A stretch of 64,000 bases of DNA from Diplonema japonicum. Taxonomy: Eukaryota > Protista > Euglenozoa: Diplonemea. A model generated the notes under the pieces. That model had not been told where the DNA came from, did not search any database, and saw only the letters and a program-made list of their open reading frames with translations. This document shows positions 1-10,185 of this stretch, piece after piece (the first letter of the stretch is position 1; the number at the start of each line of letters is the position of its first letter). The stretch spans positions 744,001-808,000 of the forward strand of contig OZ025653.1 in the NCBI GenBank assembly GCA_964019335.1. Reading direction: 5' to 3'. The position numbers and the translations under genes are program-made.

Positions 1-1529
1 GCGTCGAGCTCCTTTTCGCGCTGCTGCTTGGCAGCCACGTCCAGGTCGGCCCTGGAAAGCCTCTCACTTGCGAGGGTGGCATCACGCACAGCCTCAGTAG
101 CCGCAAGGGCAGCAGCCTGCTCTCGGGACCTTGCGTCAGTTACTTCGGCGCTGCGCTGAGCTGTGAGCTGCCTCTGCCTCTCAACCTCCGCTTGGGCCTC
201 AGAGAGGGTCTGGGCCGCCTGCCTTTCCCTTTCCTGGGCAGCGGCGGTTGCAGCCTGCGCGTGAGCAAGGCGTGCCTGAGCTGCCTCAGTGTCTCTAACG
301 CAGTCAGCGTGGAGGGTGGCTGCCTGTGCTTCCCTCTCCCTCTGGGCGACGAGCTCATGCTCCCTGGCACGGCAGTCGGCAGTAGCCCTCTCGACATCGC
401 GACGGCCTTCAAGAAGCGCCTGTTGTGTTGTGTTATGTCGTCAGTAGCATACCTGCTCAGCAGCCCGCTGGGCGTCAATAGCCTGGGCAAGAGACACCTC
501 CTGCGCCGAAAGCCTGCTCCTCGCGGCATCAGAGTCCCTCTGTGCCTCGAGCCAGTCCACTTGAGCCTGCTGGGACCTCTCCTTGAGCTCGGCAAGCATC
601 TCCTTCGACGCCCTGATCTCCTGCTGCCTCCTCACGTCCTCCCAGTAGGCCTTCAGCCTGAAGTAGAAAGAGTCAATGAGCGTAGGGAAGTTCTCACCGA
701 ACCTCTGCCATTCGGGGTACGAGATGACACCGTCCCTGTCGAGGTCCGCCTTCTGGATGAGGTCGCTGATGGTGGCACCAGAGAAATCGACGTGGAGGAG
801 GTCGAAGGCCTGCCTCAGCTCATCGGGCTCGAGGAGCTTGTTGCCGTTGGTGTCGAGACCGTCGAACACGGAGCGTGCCTTGTCCTCGTGGGTGGCTGTC
901 TCGGAGAAGGCAGGGATGACAACCTGCGGCACTGCCGTTGCGAGCTGCTGTGCCTGCTGAGCAGCATGCCTCGCGTTGGACATGGCGACCTGCTCGGCCT
1001 GCACGGCAGCCACTTGCGATGCATGGTTGGCGACGGCGGTAGAGGCCACGTGGGTGGCTGTCTGCTGAGCAGCAAGCTGTGCTTGGACGGCGGCAGCCTC
1101 GGCCTGGCTGGTGGCCAGAGCGTGGTTGGCAGCTGCGGTGGCTTGAGCCTGGGCCTGGGCCTGGGCCTGGACGGTCGCAGCGTCAACAGCAGCCATGGCG
1201 GAAGCAGCAGCCGTGGTGGAAGCAGCAGCTGCCACAGGGGCAGCAGGGGTGGCGGAGGTCTGGAAGGCAAACACCTGGCACCTGTCGGCGAGCTGCGTGG
1301 GGGACGTGAGGTCGACCCACTGCTGCAGCCTCTCGTTGTAGAGCTGGAACCTGGAGATCAGGAAAGGGGCAGCGAGAGTTCCGACAGGACGGCGGGCCGC
1401 AGCCTCGACCCCGTAGATGCTCTCCGTTTGTCTGGTGAGCTCGGCAAGCGTGGGGGAGGTCGGGAAGGTGACCTCGAAGTTCCCCTTCGTACCATACACA
1501 TCAGCGGCAACGAGCACAGTGAATACCAT
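1..1529 (-). CDS. BILBO1-family protein (BILBO1 N-terminal domain, two EF-hands, long coiled coil); 3' end runs off the window
   Basis: N-terminus MVFTVLVAADVYGTKGNFEVTFPTSPTLAELTR...WVDL...CQVFAFQ resembles the trypanosomatid BILBO1 NTD; EF loops DTNGNKLLEPDE and DLDRDGVISYPE; removing a 33-nt GT-AG intron at 420-452 restores the frame (AAEQ|ALLEGRR). Confidence 0.85.
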
Positions 1530-2065
1530 TTTTTTTTTCTTCCTCTTTTTTCTGATAAGTGATTTTAGTCACCTGTGAGGGAATGAGAACGGGCACAAGA
1601 AGAACAGCATGACGAGTGGATAAGGGGAGTAGGGGGTAGGGGGTAGGAAAGATGTTTTTTTTTTTCTCATTTCTTCTTTCTGGAAAGGAGGGCTCTCAGA
1701 TGCTCCATTCTTTTTTTTTTTATTCTCTTCTTTTCTCGCATCATACACGATTCGTCGGCAAGGTGATTACCACAAAAGCCGTGAAAAAAAAAGGAGGGGG
1801 TAAGAAAAAAAACAATGGTGCCTCTGAACAAACCCAATAGTAGTGTCCCCCCTTTTCTCTCTCTTGGCTGCAATTTTTTTTAAACGGAACAAACCGAAAG
1901 GCTCTGTGAGCCAGGTGTTCCCAGAATGGAGAAGCATCCAAAAAAAAAAAGGAGGGGAAAGACAGAAAGGGGGTTTAAGGGGTTACGACATGCACTCTTA
2001 GAAGCAAAAAAAAGAGAAAAAAAAATAGAAGGGGGTTTTTAATTCTCTCTTTAAGAAAGCTTATG

Positions 2066-2115
<50 letters not shown>

Positions 2116-2315
2116 NNNNNNNNNNNNNNNNNNNNNNNNNNNNNNNNNNNNNNNNNNNNNNNNNNNNNNNNNNNNNNNNNNNNNNNNNNNNNNNNNNNNN
2201 NNNNNNNNNNNNNNNNNNNNNNNNNNNNNNNNNNNNNNNNNNNNNNNNNNNNNNNNNNNNNNNNNNNNNNNNNNNNNNNNNNNNNNNNNNNNNNNNNNNN
2301 NNNNNNNNNNNNNNN
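2116..2315. other. Assembly gap (200 N)
   Basis: Run of N within a poly-T/(TG)n low-complexity tract. Confidence 0.99.
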
Positions 2316-3533
2316 AAGAAATTTGAACAATCACAAGAATCAGAGAGAACAAAGGGGTAGTGGGGGGGGGGCGTTTTTTTTCTTCTTTTTCTTCTTCTCT
2401 TCTTTTTCTTCCCTCCCTTCCTTGCAAGTTTTCTTTTCCCAAAACAGGAAAGTAAAAAAAAAAAGAAGAAGAAATTTCGTGGAAATATAAGTGAATTCAC
2501 ACACACACACACACAAAAAGAAACCGGGTTTTTTCTGTTCTTTTTTTTTCTTTTTTAAAAAAATTTAAAAAATAAAAGAAAGAAAGAGCTACCAGGGGGG
2601 GAGGGGAGCAGCGAGAGAAAGAAGTGCGGGGGTATTCAACCCAACAATTTAAAAAAAAAAGGGAAAAACTCAAAGTACAGGACAAGCCCCCTGTCGCCCT
2701 AAAAAAAGAAGTAAACAAAGCACCCTGGGCACTCAAAAAAAAAGAAAAAGGAATAGAATAAAAAAAGCGATGCTCACTCTTCATTATTTTTGATGTTCCT
2801 CTTTTTTTTTTTTTTTTTCCGTACCAAACCTCCCTCGGCCGAGCGCTGGAAATGACAAAAGAAAGGGGAACAAAATTGAAGAAGGGGCACGAAAGACATC
2901 CTTCCTTTCTTATATTCTGCTGCTCAGGCCGGTCCTTGAGGGAAGGGAGGAAAGGAAAGAAGAAGAGCCTACAATTCTTTTTTTTTTTTTCCCTTTTCTT
3001 TTTTGTAGACGAATGTTCTTGCACGACATGACACGTCACATTACTTCTTTCGTTCTTTTTTTTTTTTTTCTTTCTTCCCGCGCCTCTCCGCCTTTCTCAC
3101 CTTCTTTTCGATTCCTTTCCTTTTCCTGTGTTCTAAAGAAGAAAAAATAACTGACTGGGGAAGGGGGGGGGGGGAATCACCACAAAAAAGATAAATACAT
3201 AAACGATAAACTGAATGGAGGTATTTGTTTTTTTTTTCTTTCTCTCATTTGTTTTTTTTTCTTCTCTTCTCAATTTTTACTTCATTCACCACACCCCAGT
3301 ATCATCAAAGATCTCGTTCTTGCATTAAAAAAAAAAATAATAATGTGGCAACGGTGTTACTTTTTCAAATTTGAGCGTGGCCCGTTTTTTTCTTCTTTTT
3401 CTTTTCCCACCCATTTTTTTTTTTGATTCTTTTCGTATTAAGGTACTGAACGAAGTAAGAATTGAGAAAAAAGAGGTAAATAAAAAAAAAAAGTGAGAAA
3501 AATCAGGAGGGAGAGGGTGGGGAAATAAATTGA

Positions 3534-3570
<37 letters not shown>

Positions 3571-5148
3571 TTTTAGCGACCATTTTTTTTTTTTCTTCCT
3601 CGAAACCTATCCTGTTTCCTTTTATGGCACAATTGCTTCCAACCTTTCCCTTTCCTCTAGCTTGCTAGAGTAAAACTATCCTTGGGTCAACAGACCGAAA
3701 AGAACAGCGCCCCCTGGCCGTCCATTATTTACAATTGATGGGGCAAAGCAGGAGTGACATAAGAGGGAAAATTAAAAAGAAAATGAAGAATCAATCGGCA
3801 ACCCCAGGAGTACACCTATAAAGGATCTGGGGTAGTAGTAATGGATACAGGGCCGACAGACCTAACGGAGAAAGAAGAAAAAAGAAAAAAAAAAGAGAAG
3901 AAAAAGAAGAGCGCATCTGCTTCGCTCCGTGTTTGGTGCAAAAGAAAAAGAAGGAGAGGGGGGAAAGGAACAAAACAATACAAATAAATACAAGTGAAAA
4001 ATAAGGAGAAAAAATGGGAGGGGGGGAGTTAAGGAAGAAGGATGAAAAGACCTCAATTCCACATTCTTTTGGCACCACCCCCCGGAGAAAAAGAAAGAAA
4101 AGATGGAAGAAAAAAAAAGTGGCGGGTTTTTTTTTTTTTTTTTTTTCTCGTCCAGCCTTCCCCACTTTTTTTTTTGTTTAAACACGCCACGCACACTGCA
4201 GTAGCCAAGAAAAAAAAAAGGGGGGAGTGAAGAGAAGGGAACTTAAATATAGCTCCTCCCAGATAAAGTAGAGTAAAGTAAAAGTAAGAGGAAAACAAGG
4301 AGGCATGAATTAGCGAGACTCTGTACAATGTTCACGAGAGGAAAAAAAGAAGAAAAAAAAAGATGGGCAGGGGAAGGAATGACTAGGCGCGTTCTTAAAC
4401 AGTGTGTGAGTTGTTCAGAATAAGGTTTTCTTATATGTTTTTTTGTTGTTGTTTTTTTTTTTTTTTTTTTTTTTTTAAGTACATTTTTTTAAGAATCTGC
4501 TGCTCGTCTGGGAAGAGGGATTCTCCCCCTCCTTTTTTTTTTTTTAAATAAAATCTCTTCTGCTGTGTTCTTGCACTTAGTTCAAGAAAAAAAAAAAAAA
4601 AACGCCACCACCACCACCACTGAAAAGTAGGTAGAAAAAAAATTAAAAAAAAAAAACTTTAAGTACACGGAGGACAGTCGGACTTCTTCTGTTGGTTACG
4701 TAAAAAAAAAAAAATAAAATAAAAAGGCGCGGAAGTCGTAACGTCCTTTTTTTCCCTTAAAGGATATGAAATAAATAAATAAATAAAATAGTAATTGGTA
4801 CACGCCAAGTATTTCGTTCTATTCACAACAACGACAACTTCCCTCGAGCACTGAAAGGGAGTGGTTGCCCGTCCCCATGATAGTATTTCCTCGTATTCAA
4901 GATAGGAAAGCGGAGACAATTCGAAAACGGGGAACACTTCACTCTAAGAGCAAATAGGAGGCTCCATTAAACAGAATGGGGAATGGGGGGTGGGTACTGA
5001 AGGAAGCCAATGGCGCACAGGGGAACGGGGGAGGGAGCATGAAAGGGCGGAGGGGAAGAAAAAACAAAAGAGAGAGATAAACGCTTTCATTTTCTCTTTA
5101 AATTCTTCCCTCCCCCTGTTTCTCGTTTTATTTCGTACCTGACGACCA

Positions 5149-6042
5149 TCATGGAGGGGGGGTCACTATGATCTCTACTGGTATTGGGGCGTCTTGAATT
5201 GAGGAGTTCGAGGAAGTGAGAGAAGCAGTGGAGACAGATGCGGAGGTGGCTGTTGAATTCAAAGACCAGAGGGAGTGTGTGAGGGTTCGACGATTGCGCA
5301 CAAGGTGCCTAATGAACGACATTACACTATCAGAGGAAGGCAGCGTATCGCCATGAGATGCTATCCACCCGTAAAGGGCCGAGACCTCTTGAAGGCGAGA
5401 CCGCTGCTCCATACGTGGCGTGCCTTTGGGGGTGTTGAAGGAAATTTTGATGCCGCCTATGTCTTGCTGCACGCACCCACTCGGTGTCGCCACAACCAGT
5501 GTTTTAGGAAGTGGCTTTATTTTAGACACCTTCTTCGTTGCATCTCTCAAAGAGACACCCACATCATCATTTGGGCACCACCATGTGGTCTCCAAGGACA
5601 CAGGGGGAGGCGGGCGCTCAGTCAGCGATTGCTTCATGTTCGCATCGACATCGAGAAAGGTATCAAACAACCCATTCTTCCCGTAGTAGATCTCCGTCGT
5701 GTTCAGCTTCCGGAAAAAATGCTGCAACAACTTCCGCCTCTCCTCTATCAACGCCCATGATTTGTTTGTGTGCCAGTGCTTGAAGGCTGCGGGGGGAAAC
5801 GATGGGATCTCTTCACCCGTCCCTTTTGTTGCCCACTCTGCCGCATACCTCAGCACCCTACCCCCAGCCCACGGGCACACGCCTTTCACTACCTTCTTTC
5901 TGAAACTGTTTATCTCCGAGTACCCCCTCTCCACCTTCCAATCTCGTCCCTGAAAGCTCACCACCAACACGTACTTCACTTGTATTTCCGCTGCGCTGAA
6001 GACTACCTTTGCGGTCGGGACTGCGATGAGAGGCTGGCTCAT
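5149..6042 (-). CDS. PX (Phox homology) domain protein
   Basis: YVLVV...WKVERGYSEINSFRKKV...IPSFPP...LIEERRKLLQHFFRKL PX pattern; first ATG (MSQPL) at 6042. Confidence 0.75.
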   Translation of the reverse strand: MSQPLIAVPTAKVVFSAAEIQVKYVLVVSFQGRDWKVERGYSEINSFRKKVVKGVCPWAGGRVLRYAAEWATKGTGEEIPSFPPAAFKHWHTNKSWALIEERRKLLQHFFRKLNTTEIYYGKNGLFDTFLDVDANMKQSLTERPPPPVSLETTWWCPNDDVGVSLRDATKKVSKIKPLPKTLVVATPSGCVQQDIGGIKISFNTPKGTPRMEQRSRLQEVSALYGWIASHGDTLPSSDSVMSFIRHLVRNRRTLTHSLWSLNSTATSASVSTASLTSSNSSIQDAPIPVEIIVTPPP

Positions 6043-6144
6043 CGATATCGTCAGCTTGTCGACATCCCTTCCGAGACACATCCCTGTGGTGGGGTGAAAT
6101 AATTGTGGAGAATAAGAAGTACATCATATACAACAACATGACAT

Positions 6145-7515
6145 CTAGCTGAAGGCAACAAGGTTCCCACCAGGGTCAATGGCCACCCCGCCATGCCCAA
6201 CGGGCACCACCACACCACCGCTGCCGGGATTGGCAGCTGCCGTGACATAAGTAACAGGGTCAGGCACCCAATGCGGTTCCAGATCAGTGAGGCCCACACG
6301 CAGCCACGCCTGCGTTTGGTGTGGCGGGCGCCCTGAAGCAGGCCATTCCCCCTTTAGGATACCGTGGCCTTCTTTAGCTTGTTCCAAGGTTCCCACCTTC
6401 CATCTGTTGTGCGGGTCTATGAACAAGATGTAGCCTGTGTTTGCGGTGTACGTCGTGTTGTCCTGCATTGTGTACAGCCCTGTTACCTCTGGGAAGGTCT
6501 CAGAGTGCAGGTAGCAGCATTCCTTGAGACCCCCTCGCCACTTCAGGAAGTCCTGCCCCCTGCAGTGTTCCCACGCATCCCCCCTCCACACACACATGTC
6601 CACGCTGCCTCCTTGCAGGTAACTCTGAATATAGTAGTGTAGGTAGTGCTCGTTGATGGGGTGCTCTATTTGCTTGGCGTCCATTTTAAGCCTGCACAGT
6701 GGGGGCTCCATGCTGCCTGCTGTATAGTTCAGGGAGCCCATCAGGCCGTCAAAAAAGTCATCCGCGGCTGTGATGCAGTACAGGTCCGACTCAGTGCGTA
6801 CTGTGCAGGATGGCCCTCGGGGCTCAGAAGAGGTTGCGGGCAGCTGCGGTGGACTGGCTTGTTTCAAATGGTTTAGCTTAGCCTCCCAAGTCATATCCGT
6901 CCAGTCTGGACCCACCTGCTGCGATACTGCTCTGCGTGCGTCAGGTGTGTATTTCAACACCTTCTGCTTGAATGGCAACTCTGTAAGTTCTGTGGCGTGG
7001 GTCTGCGCAGAGTTCCGCTGCACCTTGTGTGCTTGTATCTGCCCCTCCATCGCCTCTTGGTACATCTTGCACCTTTCTTCGATGTTCCTCGCCTCGCGCT
7101 CCAACACCTTCTGCCGTTCTTCTACTTCCTTCTGCTGCTTCACCACCTGGTCCCTCCATTTCAGCACAGTCTGTGTCATGTTCTCCATGTCCTTCTTCTT
7201 CACTTGCACTTCATTCTCATACATCTCCTTCTCAGCCAGCAAGGTCGCCCAGTTCCTGTTCCGTCTTATACTTGGTGTGTAGCGGTCTGCTTCCTCAAAT
7301 GTCTTGCTCATGTTTATAATTCGCAAATTCGTTGCGCGAAAAGGTACATTCCCATTGCGCAGCTTCACAAGCATACGCCCAGTGTTGGCGTGCGGCCCCA
7401 GCACTTCGCCTGTCTCGCCGTTGAGGTGCATGTATTTAGCACCCACTATGTCATGCACAATGACAGTATCGCCCGGCTTCGGCGATGGCGGCTCATCTGT
7501 GTCCCCGTCGGACAT
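6145..7515 (-). CDS. Hypothetical protein, 456 aa, with an N-terminal SH3/KOW-like barrel and a coiled coil
   Basis: Long ATG-initiated ORF on the gene strand; PGDTVIVHDI...LNGETGEV...GRMLVKL beta motif; K/E/Q-rich coiled coil. Confidence 0.7.
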   Translation of the reverse strand: MSDGDTDEPPSPKPGDTVIVHDIVGAKYMHLNGETGEVLGPHANTGRMLVKLRNGNVPFRATNLRIINMSKTFEEADRYTPSIRRNRNWATLLAEKEMYENEVQVKKKDMENMTQTVLKWRDQVVKQQKEVEERQKVLEREARNIEERCKMYQEAMEGQIQAHKVQRNSAQTHATELTELPFKQKVLKYTPDARRAVSQQVGPDWTDMTWEAKLNHLKQASPPQLPATSSEPRGPSCTVRTESDLYCITAADDFFDGLMGSLNYTAGSMEPPLCRLKMDAKQIEHPINEHYLHYYIQSYLQGGSVDMCVWRGDAWEHCRGQDFLKWRGGLKECCYLHSETFPEVTGLYTMQDNTTYTANTGYILFIDPHNRWKVGTLEQAKEGHGILKGEWPASGRPPHQTQAWLRVGLTDLEPHWVPDPVTYVTAAANPGSGGVVVPVGHGGVAIDPGGNLVAFS

Positions 7516-7605
7516 GAGAACCTATGTGCGTGGGTGTAGCAGGGTGCTATTCATCGTATGTAAGAATGTATGTCAGGTTATAAGAACAAAGTGTACTGTA
7601 AACTC

Positions 7606-9323
7606 TTAAGCAAAGAGGAAGTACTGCAGCAGTGGGATGACCTGCAGTTTAGAGAAATCGGAGAAGAGGTTCTTGACATCTTGTACTGTATCGCACTGCA
7701 AGATGCAGCGCCCACGCCAGAGGAAGATGGCAGCAGCGGCAAGTGGGAGTAGCTGGATGCTATCATAAGCAATGATTCGATCCCAGAGGTGCAGCACCTG
7801 GTCCACTTCAAGGTAACCGGAGAAGGCAGTGAAGATCCAGGGAAAAGCAAGCTCCAAGGGGCGCATGCCCAGCGAGATACAGTGGTACACGACATCGGGG
7901 TTGAAGGTCTGGACCAGCCGCTCGAACAGCTTGCAAAGCGTGATGGCGCTGTCAGGCTTGCTGCTAAGCGTCTGCAGCTTAACCCAATACCTGCAGAACA
8001 TTGTACGGAACATGAAGTACACGTCGCTCACGTCTGTGAATATAAAACACAATGGCGCGCATAGCGCAGCAAGCCCTTGGTACGGGATGACCCCTGACGG
8101 TGGGTAGTCAAGGACATCGTTGTGCCCTTTGTCCGCGCCCTTCAAGGTCTCTACGGCCTTCGACATGTAAGGCTTGCAGTACGGGTCGCGCAGCTGTGCG
8201 TGTTGCTAATAAAGATTAAAGCAGCATACCAAAGGCAGAAGCACCCTTTCAAGCAGGTCGTCGAAAACAAAGTACTTGTCGTCATTCGCACATTCTCGAA
8301 TATCCCACTTCACCAAGTCGTCCAGAAGCAGCTCGGCCTTCACCACATCTTGTTGCAACAGGTGCAGGTAGGCGTCTCTCTGTTTAATTGTTGTTGTTGT
8401 TTTATAACTAGACACACTTTGTCTTTCGCACACTGCCCATTCATGGTTAGGGGGGACAACAGGGTCTTCCACACGACCTTCCGCATAGACACGGGAACGC
8501 CTTGTTTCGAATTTTGCCGCAGCTCTGCAGTAGTTCCATTATGCAGGATGGACTGGAACTGCCGTATCTTCTCTTCGGTGAACTTCTCCTTAAGAACCTC
8601 ATCCACACCGCACTGTCTTGTGGTGAGCCGCAAGCCGGAGAAAAACGAGATTAACTCCTCGAGAGAGGGCGTGGCGACCTCCAAGGGGACCATCCCCCAT
8701 CCCAATATGCGTGTGTTGCAGGACATGTGGTTTAACGGCTGGATCTCAGCTATATGTTGCAGTAATGTGTTGCTGCCGAAGACCCCGCCTTCCTTTTTGT
8801 ATGATGGTTTTGGGTCGTGGTCTTCCTTTCCCTCGTCGTCTTTGTGCTGGCCGTTGTCGTTGTCATTCAGCATCACCTCCCGCGTGTGCCGTGCGATCTC
8901 GCTGCGCTGCGTCCGCAGCCGTGCGAAAGGCACATCTAAATCGACAGAAACCCGTTTCAACTGATCCTGCAGCGTCTGCCTCCACCGTTTCTTCGCCTCG
9001 CGAACGCTGTCAAGCGCCTCGTCGAGGACGGGCAGTGTGGGCGCGACTGTGGCACTTGTCTCTCTCTCCTTACAAGCCTCTTGGATCCCATTAATGCAGT
9101 TCATCAGTTTCACTGTGCACCCCATCTCCTCCATTAGCTTCGGCAAATTAGTGCCCAACGAGTTAGTTGTGTACTTACTTTTTATAATCTCGTCCTTCAC
9201 TTCCCTCTTTATCTTCGCCGCTAGTGTTGTCTGCTTCAATGCCTTCAGCACCACCTCTGCCCGCTGCTGCATTGTGGCCCCCTCGGGGTAGCACTCCTCC
9301 AGTGCCGCAATCTCATCTTGCAT
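7606..9323 (-). CDS. TBC1 domain family member 19-like Rab-GAP protein (3 exons)
   Basis: Motifs DDKYFVFDD, YPPSGVIPY, AFPWIFTAFSGYL, LHLWDRII are typical of TBC1D19; GT-AG introns at 8380-8417 and 8194-8229 join three ORF fragments in frame. Confidence 0.85.
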
Positions 9324-9406
9324 TACAACAGCCTATGGTGTGTTGTGACATTGCTGAAGTGTTTATCCACCCCATCCTCATCCCCATCCCCCAGGACAAA
9401 CCAGGA

Positions 9407-9500
9407 AAGGTCAGTGATCTTGGTTGTATTGCGAATGGAAAAATAATCAACACACCACAGTGTTCATACGCCAGGTAAAGTTAAAGTGTGCATCATTCCG
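9407..9500 (-). ncRNA. Box C/D snoRNA, U24/snR24-like guide for the LSU C equivalent to yeast 25S Cm1437
   Basis: Box C AUGAUGC (9490-9496) and box D CUGA (9411-9414); guide is antisense to GAUCUUGGU(UGUA), and the D+5 rule selects the C of GAUC. Copies at 9961, 16759, 17313, 44065, 47367, 47921. Confidence 0.8.
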
Positions 9501-9562
9501 GTTATTCTGAATCCCCCACCCCACCCCAGTAACAAATGGGAAATATCTTATAATTTTGATGT

Positions 9563-9684
9563 AAGCTCAGTCCCGACACCTTGCTGCAATGTCGTCAGTG
9601 TTGAAGGTAAGTCTTTTCCCTTCAGTCAGGTGGCTCATGCTCTGCAGAACTGAACCTGTTGTCTGTCATGTCAATCATTCGCTT
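9563..9684 (-). ncRNA. Orphan ~122-nt structured box C/D-like RNA
   Basis: Terminal stem AAGC/GCUU, degenerate box C AUGAU(C/U)G, internal CUGA(CUGA), C'-like CUGACGA, terminal CUGA, three hairpins. Copies at 10106 (truncated), 16915, 17463, 44210, 45094, 47523, 48066, 50564. Confidence 0.6.
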
Positions 9685-9713
9685 TACTTCTTCTACCCTT
9701 ATTTATCTGTCTG

Positions 9714-9797
9714 TTGTCTGGGCAGTGTTTTGACTGCAGTTGCCACCAAAGGCGTTAAGTCGATAACTAGCGACTGCAGCTTCGAGCACTGCCTGAG
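9714..9797 (-). ncRNA. Single-hairpin AGA-box (H/ACA-like) snoRNA, snR46/SNORA16-like guide for the LSU U equivalent to yeast psi2865
   Basis: P1 GGCAGUG/CACUGCC, P2 CUGCAGU/ACUGCAG; pocket strands UCGAAG and UCAAAA pair 6+6 with rRNA UUUUGA-UN-CUUCGA; AGA lies 14 nt from the pocket top. Copies at 17066, 47674. Confidence 0.85.
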
Positions 9798-9817
9798 TGG
9801 AGGCTTGTAACTAGCAC

Positions 9818-9902
9818 TGTATCAGTGAGTAGTAGTAGTGGTGTCCGCATAAGGTATCTTCGGACATATGCTTGTTTTGTTGTTGTGTTGATCATCAGAG
9901 TG
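9818..9902 (-). ncRNA. Box C/D snoRNA, snR74/SNORD27-like guide for SSU Am28
   Basis: Box C CUGAUGA (9892-9898), D' CCGA (9860-9863), D CUGA (9822-9825); 13-nt antisense to SSU CAUAUGCUUGUUU, and D'+5 falls on A28. Copies at 17170, 43922, 47778; diverged paralogue 44929-45016 keeps the guide. Confidence 0.85.
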
Positions 9903-10185
9903 TGTGTCAGTGCCGCAATGCTCCCATCCCCATCCCCACCCCCCAGGACAAACCAGTAAAGAGGTCAGTGATCTTGGTTGTATTGCGAATGGAAAAATAA
10001 TCAACACACCACAGTGTTCATACGCCAGGTAAAGTTAAAGTGTGCATCATTCCGGTTATTCTGAATCCCCCACCCCAGTAACAAATTGGGAAATATCTTT
10101 GATGCAAGCTCAGTCCCGACACCTTGCTGCAATGTCGTCAGTGTTGAAGGTAAGTCTTTTCCCTTCAGTCAGGTGGCTCATGCTC

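Larger units (their letters stand above)
9407..10185 (-). ncRNA. snoRNA array 1 (U24-like C/D x2, orphan long C/D x2 with one truncated by pogo, snR46-like AGA guide, snR74-like C/D)
   Basis: Near-identical to 16759-17540 and 47367-48145; boxes and guides described in the module features. Confidence 0.85.

Noticed and set aside
192-1562. 456-aa plus-strand ORF and other long antisense ORFs (e.g. 8122-8964, 25316-26533)
   Set aside because: Antisense shadows of GC3-rich minus-strand genes, with no motifs
1600-5140. K/F-rich ORFs in homopolymer-rich DNA
   Set aside because: Produced by poly-A/poly-T tracts; I could not assemble a credible gene or RNA from the short complex islands
9567-9600. 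Hammerhead ribozyme core (CUGACGA plus stem) on the minus strand
   Set aside because: The required GAAA after stem II is GGGA, and no stem I/III with an NUH site is evident; better read as a C' box
9500-9615. U1 snRNA (ACUUACCU, AUUGCA, AUUUG Sm-like)
   Set aside because: No U1-70K stem-loop or cloverleaf; the ACUUACCU is internal to a larger conserved unit and partly base-paired
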